Part shown: in pieces, positions 24,400 to 37,978 of the stretch
Layout: every line of letters begins with the position of its first letter
Numbering within the stretch: the stretch's first letter is position 1
Assembly: GCF_006345805.1 (NCBI RefSeq)
Contig: NC_043001.1
Location: 96,596,001-96,660,000, forward strand
Length of the DNA stretch: 64,000 nucleotides
Direction of reading: 5' to 3'
Source of the DNA: Octopus sinensis
Lineage: Eukaryota
Notes under the pieces: model-generated
The model's database searches: none
What the model was told of the DNA's origin: nothing
What the model saw: only the letters and a program-made list of their open reading frames with translations
Translations under genes and position numbers: made by a program

Positions 24400-24600
24400 A
24401 ATTATATATATAGGGAGAGTTTACGTAAAAAAAAAACAAAAGACGAAGACGGGTGGTGTACTAAACAAACAGATGTATTAGTATAACGCTCAGGAATAGA
24501 AAAAAGTCTTTTACATTTCGAGCCTACGCTCTTCTACAGAAAGGGACACAGAAAAAACAAGGAGAGAAAAAAATGTGTGTAGTGGCTAACGATATATGAT
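24400..24600 (-). mobile_element. Penelope-tail-like short element with degenerate hammerhead-like motif (24508-24543)
   Basis: cttt CUGUAGA A GAGC-guag-GCUC GAAA UGU A aaag; relative at 52758-52793. Confidence 0.5.
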
Positions 24601-24606
24601 GGCGAC

Positions 24607-24651
<45 letters not shown>

Positions 24652-24860
24652 CCATATGTGAGTTACAAATATTGTTGTCTGTGGAGACATATAGGAAATA
24701 GTAGTCCTTTGGCTGCTATTTCTAAAACTTTCGGTATGTGGTCTTGCAACTTGTTGCAAACCCTTATTGTTATAATTATATAAGTTTTTGTCGAATATGG
24801 TCCTTTTCCATACCGAAATACTACTAGGTGAAATTATCTTTCACCCTATATCTGCAATGA

Positions 24861-24921
<61 letters not shown>

Positions 24922-25437
24922 CAATAATATTCGTGGCAAGGAGAGAAAAGAGAAAAGTCTGGAATGGAAAGAAGAAAGAAATTAGGGAAATGCGATAGGG
25001 TAGGCAAGTTTTAATTCAATAGGAAAAAAATGCAAAAGACATAAATATAATAAAAGAGTAAATAAGGAAAGAAATAAAACTGAATGGGAGACAATAGAAT
25101 GGGATTGTATGGATGGAGTAAGAGACACTTGCAAGGAAAGAATTTCCTGATCAAATAAAGCAGATGCGTCGAAGTGGATAAAAAAGTGAATGAAAAAAAA
25201 TGAATGGATGAAACGTCGTTAATTAAATGACGTTAATTGAAATGGCAGAGCCATTCTTGGGTTTGCTTTAAGTTGTGCATTAAAAACATCGAAAGGTTTA
25301 TCAGTGTTTAAAGAGGGGCGTGGCTAGTATTAATGGTGAGAGCGATGACTAGCACGACGACGATGACGATAATGACGGTAAAGGTGACAGTGGGTGGTAG
25401 TTGTAGTAGTAGTAGAGGTGGTTTCAAATTACTTCCA

Positions 25438-25594
25438 TCCCAGTGCTCAACTGGTTCTTATTTTTATCGATCCTTAAAGGATGAAAGGAAGATTTAATCG
25501 CGGGTGAATTTGAACTCAGAATGCAAAAAGCAGACGGAATGTGGTTCGGCATTCCGCCTAGTGTGCTAATGACTCGTCCAGCTTACCATCTTAT
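25438..25594 (-). mobile_element. Diverged family A SINE
   Basis: cagtgctcaactgg...aggatgaaagg...gaatttgaactcagaa. Confidence 0.6.
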
Positions 25595-25597
25595 AAA

Positions 25598-25662
<65 letters not shown>

Positions 25663-25914
25663 TGATAATAATAATAATGATAATAATAATAATCACAACA
25701 CATACCCAAGGCACACAGAGCTTCACACAGTAGTGAAGTGAAAGCAAACTATAAAAATAAAACTAATGAATAATAATAAAAATAACAACAACAACAACGA
25801 GGAGGAGGAGGAGGGTGAGAAGAAGAAGAAGAAGAAGAAGAAGAAGAAGAAGAAGAAGAAGAAGAAGAAGAAGAAGAAGAAGAAGAAGAAGAAGAAGAAG
25901 AAGAAGAAGAAGAA

Positions 25915-26397
25915 TGTATAAGCGTTGGGCTACAGGAAATATTCTGCTCAATGCCAAAGATTTGCTTGTCACTTGTTTGGCCATAACAAGTTGAGCATCT
26001 CTCTTAATGGCTGACGATATGTGCATCTCTGATCACGAGCAGAAGTAGTGGGGGTGGGGGAGCATCATAGGCATGTGGTGAGAGGAGTTCTTTGGGATTT
26101 GGATAATTTAACTCAGGAAACATGGGTGTTTGGTTCAACATCCTTAAAAAACTCTTATTCAGGTACCTTTTGAATGGGCTGGGTGACTCGACTGGAAGAA
26201 AATTCTAATTGGGACTCACCTGCAAGTTCATGCGCTGTTTATTTTGATATTAGATCGTTATGTCGCGCACATATGGTTGTGATGCATGAGCCTGGTGTAC
26301 TCTTATCAGACGGGTACTCACGATGGGTACACTGGGCTTTGTATATTTTATCCCAGAGTCACTTTTATGCCATGCACTGCTCTCTCACTCAATAATA
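25915..26397. mobile_element. Family E repeat, truncated at left
   Basis: Homology to 18281-18835; preceded by (GAA)n and followed by (TAA)n. Confidence 0.75.
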
Positions 26398-26401
26398 ATA
26401 A

Positions 26402-26925
26402 ACCTAGTGGTTAGGGCAGCGGACTCGCGGTCGTAGGATCGCGGCTTCGATTCCCAGACCGGACGTTGTGAGTGTTTATTGAGCGAAAACACCTAAAGCT
26501 CCACGTCTCCGACAGGGTGTGGTGGCGAACCCTGCTGTATATAGGCGTAGGAGTGGCTGTGTGGTAAGTAGCTTGCTTACCAATCACATGGTTCCTGTTC
26601 AGTGGAACTTTGGGCAAGTGTCTTCTACTATAGCCTCGGGCCGACCAAAGCTTTGTGAGTGGATTTGGTAGACCGAAAACTGAAAGAAGCCCGTCGTATA
26701 TATGTATATGTATGTGTGTGTGTGTATGTTTGTGTGTCTGTGTTTGTCCCCCAACATCGCTTGACAATCCATGCTGGTGTGTTTATGCTCCCGTAACTAG
26801 CGGTTCGGCAAAAGAGACGATAGAATAAGTACTAGGCTTACAAAGAATAAGTCCTGGGGTCGATTTGCTCGATTATAGGCGCTCCAGAATGGCCACAGTA
26901 ACATGACTCAAACAAATAATGAGTA
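26402..26925 (+). mobile_element. Truncated family C SINE (26402-26540) followed by family B SINE (26543-26925)
   Basis: Both tRNA heads recognisable. Confidence 0.8.
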
Positions 26926-26987
26926 AATGATTAAAAGAACTTTCTATTAAAGGCGCGAAGTCTGCAACTTTGGAGGAGGAGGAGGAG

Positions 26988-27163
26988 GAGTCTAATCGAC
27001 TATATCTACACCAGTGGCCAACAGGTACTTATTTTATTGATCCCGAATTGATGAAAGGCAAGATCGATCTCTGTGAAGTTTGAACTGAGAACGTAAAGAC
27101 GGACGAAATGCCGCCAAGCATTTCGCCCCGCATGCTAACAATTTCAGCCAGCTCGTCGCCTTA
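26988..27163 (-). mobile_element. Family A SINE (diverged)
   Basis: aatcgactatatctacaccag...gatgaaaggc...cagctcgtcgcctt. Confidence 0.65.
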
Positions 27164-27431
27164 ACACCAACCTATATAATAACAGCAGAGCTGAACTGCT
27201 CGCTGCTGATTACCTACGACACAAATGCACCTTTGCGTCTGCAAAGCAGCTCCCCATTCACAGATACTAAAGAGTCAGTTCACAACACCTAATCTCCGAA
27301 GATTTCTCGAATTTGAAATAGCTGTTTGCTAAGCTATTTTTCAGCGAGGTAACGATTCTGTCATCTCACCGCCTTCTAAACACGAAATGGAACACTACTC
27401 TCTCTTTTCTCACACTCTCTCTCCTTCTCTG

Positions 27432-27471
<40 letters not shown>

Positions 27472-27477
<6 letters not shown>

Positions 27478-27686
27478 CTGTATTTAGGAATGGTCATTTT
27501 GCCAGTTTAGCCAATAAAAACACACACACTATATATTTGGTGTTACTTTGCTTCAGCGTTATTCATTATTTACATTAATCTTAATCTTATTTCGGCCAGA
27601 GTTCTTTCGTCACACTCCTGTGACCTCATCAGTGTTTTTTTTATTGGCTAAACTGGTAAAATGACCATTCCTAAATACAACAATAT
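27472..27686. mobile_element. ~215-bp element with ~52-bp inverted repeats enclosing a hammerhead-like core
   Basis: atattgctgtatttaggaatggtcattttgccagtttagccaataaaaac mirrored at 27633-27686; CUGAUGA...GAAA on minus strand 27590-27635. Confidence 0.7.
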
Positions 27687-27757
27687 CTGTTTCAACACAC
27701 GATTTCACATCAAAAAATCTTGCAAAACAAATATATATATATATATTTGTATATATA

Positions 27758-28157
27758 AGAGCAGGAGTGGCTGTGTGGTAAGTAGCTTGCTTACCAACTA
27801 CATGGTTCCAGGTTAAGTCCCACTATGTGGCACCCCGGGCAAGTGTCTTCTACTATATCCTCGTGCCGAACAAAGCCTTGTGAGTGGATTTGGTAGACAG
27901 AAACTGAAAGAAGCCCGTCGTTTATATGTATATATATCTATGTGTGTGTATATGTTTGTGTGTCTTTTTTGTTCCCCCAACATCGCTTGATCACCGATGC
28001 TGGTGTGTTTAAGTCTCCGTAACTTAGCAGTTCGGCAAAAGTGTCCGATAGAAAAAGTACTAGGCTTACAAAGAATAAGTGCTGTGGTCGATTTCCTCGA
28101 CTAAATGCGTTGCTCCAGCATGGCCGCAGTCAGATGATTCAAACCTATAAAAGAATA
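27758..28157 (+). mobile_element. Family B SINE
   Basis: Homology to 4225-4624. Confidence 0.85.
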
Positions 28158-28182
28158 TATATATATATATAAGCACACACAC

Positions 28183-28809
28183 ACACGAGGTTTTCTCAAA
28201 ATGTTCACTGACTAGTTCTGTAGCGCGCCAACAGAAGGCAGCACACGGTTGCGTGCGCATTGAGAGCTAGCAGTGACCTTCACGAGGCAGTGCCCCAAAT
28301 GACATTGTTGCATTTACTTCACAAGTTGTGAAATTTGTATTTTTGTGATCACGTGTATGCTGTATTGCGCGACTTTTTTCACCGACGTGAAGTTGGAACA
28401 CAGAGTCAACGCGAAAAGTGGCTTTAAACTTGGTAAGTCTGTTACAGAGACATTGAACATGCTTCAAAGACGAAGCAGCAGTCATTACACTGGAAGAGCT
28501 TTCATCTCCACGACCGAAGAAAGCACAATAGAGCCGCAGCTCAATCAAGAGGAGGCTCTGCGTTTTTTTTAAAAATCCGCTGTATTACACTTTACCCTTT
28601 ACTCTTTTAAACTTTTACTTGTTTCAATCATTTGACTGCAACCATGCTGAGCACCACCTTTTGTCGAGCAAACCGACCCCAGGACTTATTCTTTGTAAGC
28701 CTGGTACTTATTCTATCGGTCTTTTTTGCCGAACTGCTAAGTTACGGGGACGTAAACACACTACCATCGGTTGTCAAGTGATGTTAGAGGGACAAACACA
28801 GACCCCCCC

Positions 28810-28843
<34 letters not shown>

Positions 28844-29432
28844 TACGACGAGCTTCTTTCAGTTTCCATCTACCAAATCCACTCACAAAGCTTTGGTCGG
28901 CCTGAGGCTACAGTAGAAAATGCTTGCCCAAGGTGCCACGCAGTGGGACTGAACCCGGAACCATGTGGTTGGTAAGCAAGCTACTTACAAGACAGCCACT
29001 CCATCCCCGGGGTCAGACTGTCAATCGACAGTATTACTGCGACGTTTGAAGCGTTTGAAGGAGGACATTCAACAAAAGCGACCGGATCTGCGAAGCGCGA
29101 ATTGGATTCTTCACTACGACAATGCCCCCGCTCATCGAGCTCTGACGACTTGTGAGTTTCTCACCAAAAACAACAATGGATCGCTTCCAAACCCGCCCGG
29201 TTCGTCAGATTTAGTACCTACAGACTTTCATTTCTTCCCCAAGATCAAAATGTAGTTTAAAGGTCACCGTTTTAATGCCGTTGTTGAGATCAAGAGCGAA
29301 TCGTAGAAGGTCCTTCTCTCGCTTACGGAAAACGATTTCCAAGGCCGGATTCCAAAAGTGGCAGGCACGTCGGGACCGGTGTATTGCTGTGCAAGGTGAT
29401 TATTTCGAAGGAGATGATCTTAAAATTTAGGT
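28183..29432 (+). pseudogene. Decayed mariner transposon split by a family B SINE (28600-29006, minus)
   Basis: EHRVNAKSGFKLGKSVTETLNML N-terminus; TVNRQYY, WILHYDNAPAH, PGSSDLVPTDFHFF (YSPDLAP-like) and GDYFEG motifs. Confidence 0.85.
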
Positions 29433-29451
29433 AAATATCTCTCTTTTCTCT

Positions 29452-29756
29452 CTTTTACTATTTTCAGTCATTTGACTGTGGCCATGCTGAAGCATCGCCT
29501 TCAGTCGAACAAATCAGTCCAGGACTTATTCTTTGTAAGCCTAGTACTTATTCTATCGGTCTCTTTTGCCGAACCGCTAACTTACGGGACGTAACCACAC
29601 CATCATCGGTTGTCAGGCGACGTTGGGGGAAACACACAGACACAAAAACATATACACACATACATACATACATACATACATGCATACATATATATTATAT
29701 ATATATATATACATACATACACACACACACACACCACACACACACACACACACACA

Positions 29757-29838
<82 letters not shown>

Positions 29839-29996
29839 ATACAGGCTTCTTTCAGATTCTGTCTACCAAATCCATTCACATGGCTTTGGTCGGCCCGCGG
29901 CTATAGTAGAAGACACTTGCCCAAGGTGCTACGCAGTGGGACAAAACCCGGAACCATGTGGTTGGTAAGCAAGTTACTTACCACGCAGCCACTCCT
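29452..29996 (-). mobile_element. Family B SINE with expanded internal microsatellite
   Basis: Homology to 4225-4624. Confidence 0.85.
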
Positions 29997-30047
29997 ATCA
30001 GAGATAGGTGGTCCCGGAACTATTTGATGCCTCGTATGTCTATCTTC

Positions 30048-30267
30048 TGTTTTTTACTTGTTTTAGTCATTAGACTGCGTCCATGCTGGAGCACCACCCT
30101 GAAGGATTTTAGTCGAACAAATCGATCCGAGTACATTTCTTCTTTAAAGCCTGGTACTTATTCTATCGGTCTCTAAGCTATGGGAACGTAAACACACCAT
30201 CAACGGTTATCAAGAGGTGATGGAAACCAACAGAAACACAAAATCACATACTCACACACACGCACAC

Positions 30268-30310
<43 letters not shown>

Positions 30311-30470
30311 GGATGGCCTTATTTCACTTTCTATCTTTCAAATCTACTTACAAGACTTTGGTCGACCCAGGGCTATAGTCTAGGACACTTGCCCAAGTTT
30401 CTACGCAGTGGGATCGAACTCAGGATCAGGTAGTTAAGAAGGAAACGTCTTACCTCATAGAACGCCTGCG
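30048..30470 (-). mobile_element. Older family B SINE
   Basis: Diverged homology to family B. Confidence 0.7.
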
Positions 30471-31184
30471 TCTATGTATATTTATTGATTGTAGAAATAT
30501 GTAGTTCCTTGCCCCCTCCTAACTACACATGATAATGTATATAAAAAGAAATAGAAATAAAAAAAATTCTGCAAAAGCGTTTATACTCACTTGAAATTAC
30601 ACACACACAGATTCACACACACAAATATATACATACTTACATAAACAAGTGTGTGTGTGTGTCACATACATTGTACATTGCTTTACAAAACAATTTAAGT
30701 AAAATTCCAAGAACCAGTTGTTTTATATTGTCTTCTTTCACCTAGGGAATATGCCTGATATCTTGCCAAAATTTCTGGCAAGAATAAGGTATGGTATCAT
30801 AGATCAGAGATTATCAGATGAGATACTGACGACGCCTATTTAATTTCGAGTAAGAATAGAGTAAAATTATAGTTCATTATATTTATATAATAAAAGTTAG
30901 GTATTTTTGTCACTAAATCCTCCCTTTCACCAGCTCCAATAAACTTATTCGTCATGGACTCTAAAAAGACACGCCTCTGCTCCATATTTCGTCCAATGAA
31001 CAACAGCTGTCATAATATATCTTTCTCGAACGGTTGTATCATTTGCTTACTCTGCGACTAAGAAACATACTGAAAATAAGCTTCTTTATCACCAAAAACC
31101 TAGCTTTTGTTGGCTGCGGGCCTTATGGATGTGAGAACATAAATATTTTCTAAAAGCTTATTTCCGATAGTGATTTGCCGAACC

Positions 31185-31401
31185 AGTTCTTATTTTAGTC
31201 ATTTGACTGTGGCCATGCTGGGGCACCGCCTTTAGTCGACCAAATCGACTCCAGGACTTATTCTTTATAAGCCTAGTACTTATTCTATCGGTCTCTTTTG
31301 TCGAACCGCTAAGTGACGGGGACGTAAACACACCAGCATCGGTTGTCAAGCTATGTTGGGGGGACAAAAACAGACACACAAACATATACACACACATACA
31401 T

Positions 31402-31434
<33 letters not shown>

Positions 31435-31602
31435 CGCACACATATATACGACGCGCTTCTTTCAGTTTCCGTCAACCAAATCCACTTTGGTTGGCCCGAG
31501 GCTATAGTAGAAAACATTCGCCCAAGGTGCCATGTAGTGGGACTGAACCCAGAGCCATGTGGTTGGTAAGCAAGCTACTTCCCACACAGCCACTCTTACG
31601 CC
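31185..31602 (-). mobile_element. Family B SINE
   Basis: Homology to family B. Confidence 0.85.
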
Positions 31603-32009
31603 TATATGGGAATTATCTTCTGGGAATTCTTATGGGCCAATATACTAATGCTAATGTTGCAATTCTTCTAAAGACTATCTCCGATTGCTATTTGGAACTT
31701 CCTTATCTGGATCAAAATTTTGATTACTGCTCCAAGACTATGCCTGAGTTCAGCGGATAATCCTCAACCAGAGCACGAAATTCGAGTCCCAGACTCCAGA
31801 TATTTAAAGAACAAATGAAGACAATAATTCTTCCAAATTGCGACAATATTTCTTCCCGTGTGGATATCTGAGCTTTGGATCACTCATTCATGCTACGTAT
31901 GTGTCCCGACAAATCTCACCATGACAAATGTTCGCTATTCCTGTCTTAGTAGAGCAAAGAACGAGAAGAATCTATTCAGTTAACTTTCACCATGCTCACT
32001 TTGAATTCT

Positions 32010-32052
<43 letters not shown>

Positions 32053-32369
32053 TACACATACACACACATAAATTTGTTGTTAAAAATGCACCTGAATTTG
32101 AAAAACCTTTTAATTGTTTTTAAATTAATTTATTTGCATACATACCAAACTAGTTTCAAAATATTTTTTGTTTATCAATCGTAAAAATTTAAGATTGCGA
32201 AGCAGAAAAAAATGTTTAAAAAATTCAATGTTTACAAAATTCAATGATATCAAATATGATTTAAATGTTCACAACATTCAATAATATAAGAAAATGGGGA
32301 TCATCTTGTTTAAATGCACAACAATTAATAGTGTTACAAGTGACCGATAAGAAATGTGGATACACAAAG

Positions 32370-33160
32370 ATTCGGTCATACGGAGTTAAGAAGGAGACAT
32401 GATGGTAGTAAGAGGAGTAAATGAAGATAGTAAAAAAAAGGTTTTGTTACAGTTTCGTAATTCTTTTTCCATCGTGTGCAGGATTTTCGCTTGTAACACC
32501 CGATTTTGGAATCCAGTGTATTTATAATTTTTTTTTCTGTGAACCTATCTGCTTTTTGATTCGTTAAAGTACTGTTCACGTCTTATTTTTCTGATGGTTA
32601 AGTCTGTCGTTCTGCCTTGTTGACTTCCTCTGAAGAACGGTCATCAACAGTTCCAGATGGTTGATTCGCTTTAATGGTCATTTTATCATATTTGCTGAAG
32701 TTCGGTTTTAATCGGATATAAAATTTCATTGGTCTAGAGATATGTGATGTCAGCAACTGGTGTTTGTATGCTGTTATTGTATGGTGATTTAGAGTTGCAA
32801 TTTGGAAACCAGAATGGGAGACTGTTACTAAAATTTTTTGAATTGCATCTGGTTATTATTTTTTGTGGAGAAACTGTATCTTATTTCTATTTAGATTTTT
32901 CTTTCTTTCTAAAGGGTATTCAGCTGTGGGTTATATTTTTAATGAGCATATTTTCCTTCTTCAAATGGAATTGGGTTGAATTGTTTCCAGTGCATTGATA
33001 GAGAGGGAAGATTTGATATTTTGGGTTTATATTTGTGGGGCATTGTTCTAGGTGTTTGCTTACAGGAACTTTCCTAGTCGTGGGGATCTCTGATTTGTTG
33101 CCTGTGTACCATGTATCTGTCCCTCAAGGCTAGACTAGTTTTACCTATGTAGTCTCCCGA
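32370..33160 (-). mobile_element. Inverted 3' piece of Penelope-like element (GIY-YIG C-terminus + 3' UTR)
   Basis: GDYIGKTSLALRDRYMVHRQQIRDP...KENMLIKKYNPQLNTL* (stop 32909-32911). Confidence 0.8.
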
Positions 33161-33189
33161 ATAAACTAGCAACGATTCCCTTATGGTTT

Positions 33190-34350
33190 CATTCAATATA
33201 ATAAACCACTACACCTCGATTCCACACGAATACGGAATAATAGCCATATAATACTGGCTGGAAAAATTACCAAATGACATTCCTGACCGAATCGGAAAAG
33301 AATTCACCGTTGAAGAAATATAATTCATCCTACAGAACAATTTCTTCAACTTCAGCGAGAACGCTTATAAACAAAAATCGGGTACGGCGAGGGGAACGAG
33401 GGTAGCCCCTACTTTTTCTAACCTTGTCATTGCATACTTGGAAGTCCAAATATACGAGCACACTAGACTGAAGTTTGGAGACAACTCCCCAAAATACTTA
33501 CTCACCAGCTGGGAACGCTACCTGGATGACTGTTTCCTTCTGTGGCCACATAACCCTGGGCAACTCCCAGAATTAAAAAACTTATCCAGTTAAAAACTTA
33601 TCTCAGAATTTAAAAACGTATCCACAAACAGCTACCCTTCCTGGACATCTTAATCATAAAAAGAGATACTGAAACTGAAACCGACATCTTCAAATCAACA
33701 GACTCAAAACAATATCTTCTATTCTCCTCCTGCCACCCAAAACATAGTAAAATAAATGTACCGTTCAACTTAGCGAGAAGAATTTGCACGATTGCATCAA
33801 ATCCCGAAACCGGAGGAAAGCTACTCAAAGAACTTAAAAACACATTACTAGATAGAAAATACCCGGAAAGTCTAATCAAAAAGGGAATAGAACGTGCAAA
33901 ATGGATAGACATCCAATAGTTATGGAAAAGAAGAAAGCCCCATGATACACTTAAAACTTGATCTTACGTATCAACACACAATCCGAGGAATATGGAAGCA
34001 TACAACATCATCCACCAAAACAGACCCCTCCTTATGAATGATCTGCGAATGAAAAAATTACTGGAAACACAGGATTATTAAAAGCAAGAGACAACCGCAA
34101 TCCCTAAAACGATAACTCACCAGCGCCAAAAATACCACATTACTAGTCAAGAAGTGCAACCATCCTAAATGCGGGACTTGCATCTTCCTCTTAGAGAGCT
34201 GAACATACAAATTTAAGTCATCTCAAACTTTTACCATAAAAGACCACTTCATTTGTGCATCGAAGAGCTTAATCTATGTTCTCAAATGTGGAGGGTGTGA
34301 TGGAGACTACATAGGTCAAACTAATTTGCCTTTGACGGACAGACTTACCC
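33190..34350 (+). pseudogene. Penelope-like (Neptune-type) RT + GIY-YIG, disrupted
   Basis: YTSIPH, GTARGTRVAPTFSNL, WERYLDD (33519-33530), LPFLD, SSCHPKH, linker CNHPKCGTC, LIYVLKCGGCDGDYIGQT. Confidence 0.9.
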
Positions 34351-34879
34351 AAACGAATGCTACAAATGTGCACGCGCATGCAAAAACACATGCATATTCG
34401 CGTGTGTGTGTGCGCTTGCGCACGTAAGTAACATACGTCGATGTATATCGGCGAACTATGATGATGTCAGCAAGAAAACCGCAAAATCTATGCTTCTCCA
34501 ACGAATTGTAATGTGATAATTGTTCATTACCGAGCAACAGATAATCCCTTCTTGCTTTCAGTGTCGCAAGTGCAGCAAACCGGTGATTGTATCGATGGAA
34601 CCTGCAACCAGCGACCCTTATTGTTCTACAATGTGAGTAAAACTTTTTCTTCAAAAAATGTATTAATCACAAATGCCTTGGGCTTCAGGTTCAGATATTC
34701 TACGTATTCAAACATTAGTTGAAACAATGTAAATACGCAATACTTTTTGATAATTTACCATGAAAGTTTTTACTGTTCTTGTTATCTGAATTCCATCGAG
34801 TTGTGTTGTCTTTCGGCTAGAAACCAACCAGAGGTTTATAGGAAAAATCCCAATCATACAAAAGAAAGATAACGCATAT

Positions 34880-35065
34880 ACATACATGAACGCACAGATA
34901 TATATGTGTGTATGTGTGTGTAAGTGTGAATACATACATACATACATATATATACGTGTACATACATATATATATATATATATACGTGTACAAATATATA
35001 TGTGTATGTATATATATATATGTATGTTTATATATGTATATATATGTATATTTATGTATATTTAT

Positions 35066-35111
<46 letters not shown>

Positions 35112-35248
35112 ATGTATGTATATATATATATGTGTGTATATATACATATGTATGCATATATATTTATGTATATAAATATATGTGTATATATATTTATATA
35201 TATATATATAAATATATGTGTATATATATAAGTATAAATTATATATAC

Positions 35249-35303
<55 letters not shown>

Positions 35304-35350
35304 TGTATGTTTATATATGTATATATATGTATATTTATGTATATTTATAT

Positions 35351-35420
<70 letters not shown>

Positions 35421-35548
35421 ATATATATATATGTATGTTTATATATGTATATATATATATGTATGTATATATATATGTATGTATATATATATATATTATA
35501 TATATATATAAATATATGTGTATATATATAAGTATAAATTATATATAC

Positions 35549-35591
<43 letters not shown>

Positions 35592-35620
35592 TGTATGTTT
35601 ATATATGTATCTATATAGGC
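34880..35620. repeat. Complex (TA)n/(TATG)n tract with internal ~300-bp duplication
   Basis: aaatatatgtgtatatatataagtataaattatatatacatatac at ~35210 and ~35510. Confidence 0.9.
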
Positions 35621-35699
35621 TATTATATTTTATATAGAAATATAAAACAGATATAATCTTTTTGGTGTATTCACAAATGGTTTGTATACATAGAAGTGA

Positions 35700-36080
35700 A
35701 AAAAGGAAAATAAATCACACCGAAGCACAAAGAAAATATCGAAATCCATAGAAAATCAGAGAATCGTTTGGAAATTCTGTTGTATAGGCGAACGCCTTCA
35801 GCTGCAATATTGCCAAAGAATCGAGGCAGATATTTATTAAATAAACCTATGCCAAGTCTGATATAAATCAGAAAATAAAAGATCTAGATACAAATAAGGT
35901 ATTTAAATATCTCAGGAGCAAAAACAACATATCAACATGTAATAAAAGTGTCAGCAGAGGTTTAGAATAAGACACAAATGGTACAGAAAATAACTCCTCA
36001 ACGCCAAAATAAAGCGGAAGGCATGGTCGCTATAGATGGCCTACGATGACATCCAGATATAAAGTATTAGATGAGATTTG
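35700..36080 (+). pseudogene. Possible decayed R4/Dong RT C-terminal fragment
   Basis: DLDTNKVFKYL (YKYLG-like) and LLNAKIK remnants. Confidence 0.35.
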
Positions 36081-36644
36081 GAATGATATTTGTAGACGTG
36101 AATACACCAGTCAAAGCTAATAAATACTCTATGTACATAAAGTGGAAAGAGGAGAGAGAAAGTGGTTTTAAGCGTTTGAAAACCTTACTTAGGACGTTTA
36201 CAACGACATTCATCTTTCAGGAAATGAAAACAAATCGTTAAAAGAAATGAAAACGTCGTAAGTCGTTATGTATAAGTAAATATAAAAGATCTTATAGAAA
36301 AGATACAAAATATTAATATATATACACAAACACACTCACACACACAAGACGACAAAATCTATTTACATATTCCGTTGAATATGTTACTAAATTTGGTTTG
36401 GCAACATTAAGACCCAACGGAGGAGAATAAATATTACATGATGATAGAGTCTACTTGTTCAATTCTGTGCTCTCCCCGAAGAGACTGAAGTACAGACATG
36501 ACTGTGTGGTTCAAAAGTAAGCAACGTTTTGAACCGTGAAGAATTTGTACCGGATTTCTGCAGAGTTTTGAATTCATTTTTAAACATATTTTTGCAATTG
36601 TCTGATAATACAGACATAGACTTGCCCAAATACATCAATAATTC

Positions 36645-36828
36645 CTTTTCTACTCTAGGCACAAGGCCCGAAATTTTGTGGTACGCAACTGGTACTTAAT
36701 TTATCGATCCCGAAAGGATGAAAGGCAAAGTCGACCTCGTTGGAATTTGAACTCAGAACGTAATGACAGACGAAACACTGCTAAGCATTTCGCCCGGGGT
36801 GCTAATGTTTCTGCCAGTTTGCCGCCTT
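36645..36828 (-). mobile_element. Family A SINE (tail-2 type)
   Basis: Homology to family A head and core. Confidence 0.8.
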
Positions 36829-36889
36829 TCCAAATGCATCAATCAATTAACATTGATATATTTTTCACCATTGTTACAATCACCCGAAA

Positions 36890-37978
36890 TGGAACTGTCA
36901 AAGTACGATATTGATGTAATTTTGCTATTCAACTTAAAAAAAGAACGTAAGGCCGCTGAAAAAAGTTGGTGAAGAAATGACCAATGAATCGTCAGCTCGA
37001 AAATGGTTTAAACGATTTCGCAGCAGAGAAGTGAGCCTTGAAGATCATGAGTGCAGTGGACGCCCATGTGTCTTCGGTGACGGTCAATTACAGACCGTCA
37101 TTGAGAAAGATCCGCGTAAAACCACTCGAGAACTGACAAAAAAAGACTTCAAGTTAGTCAGAAAACTGCCTGCAACCATGTGCGTGCGATAAAAAAAAAA
37201 CCAAAAAAAAAACTCGACAAATGTGTATTACACGATTTGAATAAAAGTCAGAAAATGTGCAGATATGAAACTTCCTCGTAGCTTCTTTGTAACCAGACCA
37301 ATTCATTTCTCTACCGTATTGTAACTTGCAATTAAAAGTAGATTCTGTACAATAATAAAAACGTTCTTCGCAGTGGTTGGACTAAAAATAAAGTACCAAA
37401 AACCTTCCCTAAATCTGAGCTCTTCGAAAAGAAGGTTATGGTGATCGTTTGGTGATGTAATACTGGACCCATTCACTATAATTCTTAAAACCAGGAAAAC
37501 CCACTACTGCAGAAACATATTGCCATGAAATTGCCAAAATACACGTAAAACTGCTCCTCCTCCGTTCCAGGCTAGTCAACAGAGGATGGCCAATCATCCT
37601 TCGTGACAATGCTCGACCACACGTTTCACTATCGACGCTCCAGAAGTTAAGGAAATTGGCTACGAAGTTCTTTCCAACCCAGCTTATTCCACATACCTTT
37701 CTCCTACCGACTACCCCTCTTTCAAGCACTTCGATGGTTTTCTGTGAGAGAAGAGGTTCAACAATGAAACCAATGATGAAAGTGTGTTCAAAGAGTTCAT
37801 CAGCTCCAGAACTCCAGATTTTTATGTTACCGGAAAAAACAAACTTGTAACACGTTGGCAAAAACGTGTTGATTGTAATGGTAATACTTTGATGAATAAA
37901 ATATCAGCATTTTTGGAAGATATTGTGATGAATTTCATGTTTCAAAATGTTGTTTAGTTTTTACTCAGCCTGATATAT
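36890..37978 (+). pseudogene. Near full-length decayed mariner transposase
   Basis: RKWFKRFRS.EVSLEDHECSGRP, KKVMVIVW, LRDNARPH, PAYSTYLSPTDY, RWQKRVDCNG; putative right end ttactcagcctgata followed by TA. Confidence 0.85.

Noticed and set aside
31620-32000. FDYCS peptide suggesting a CR1-type RT remnant (similar weak signal at 51700-52200, minus)
   Set aside because: Too decayed to support without a profile search.
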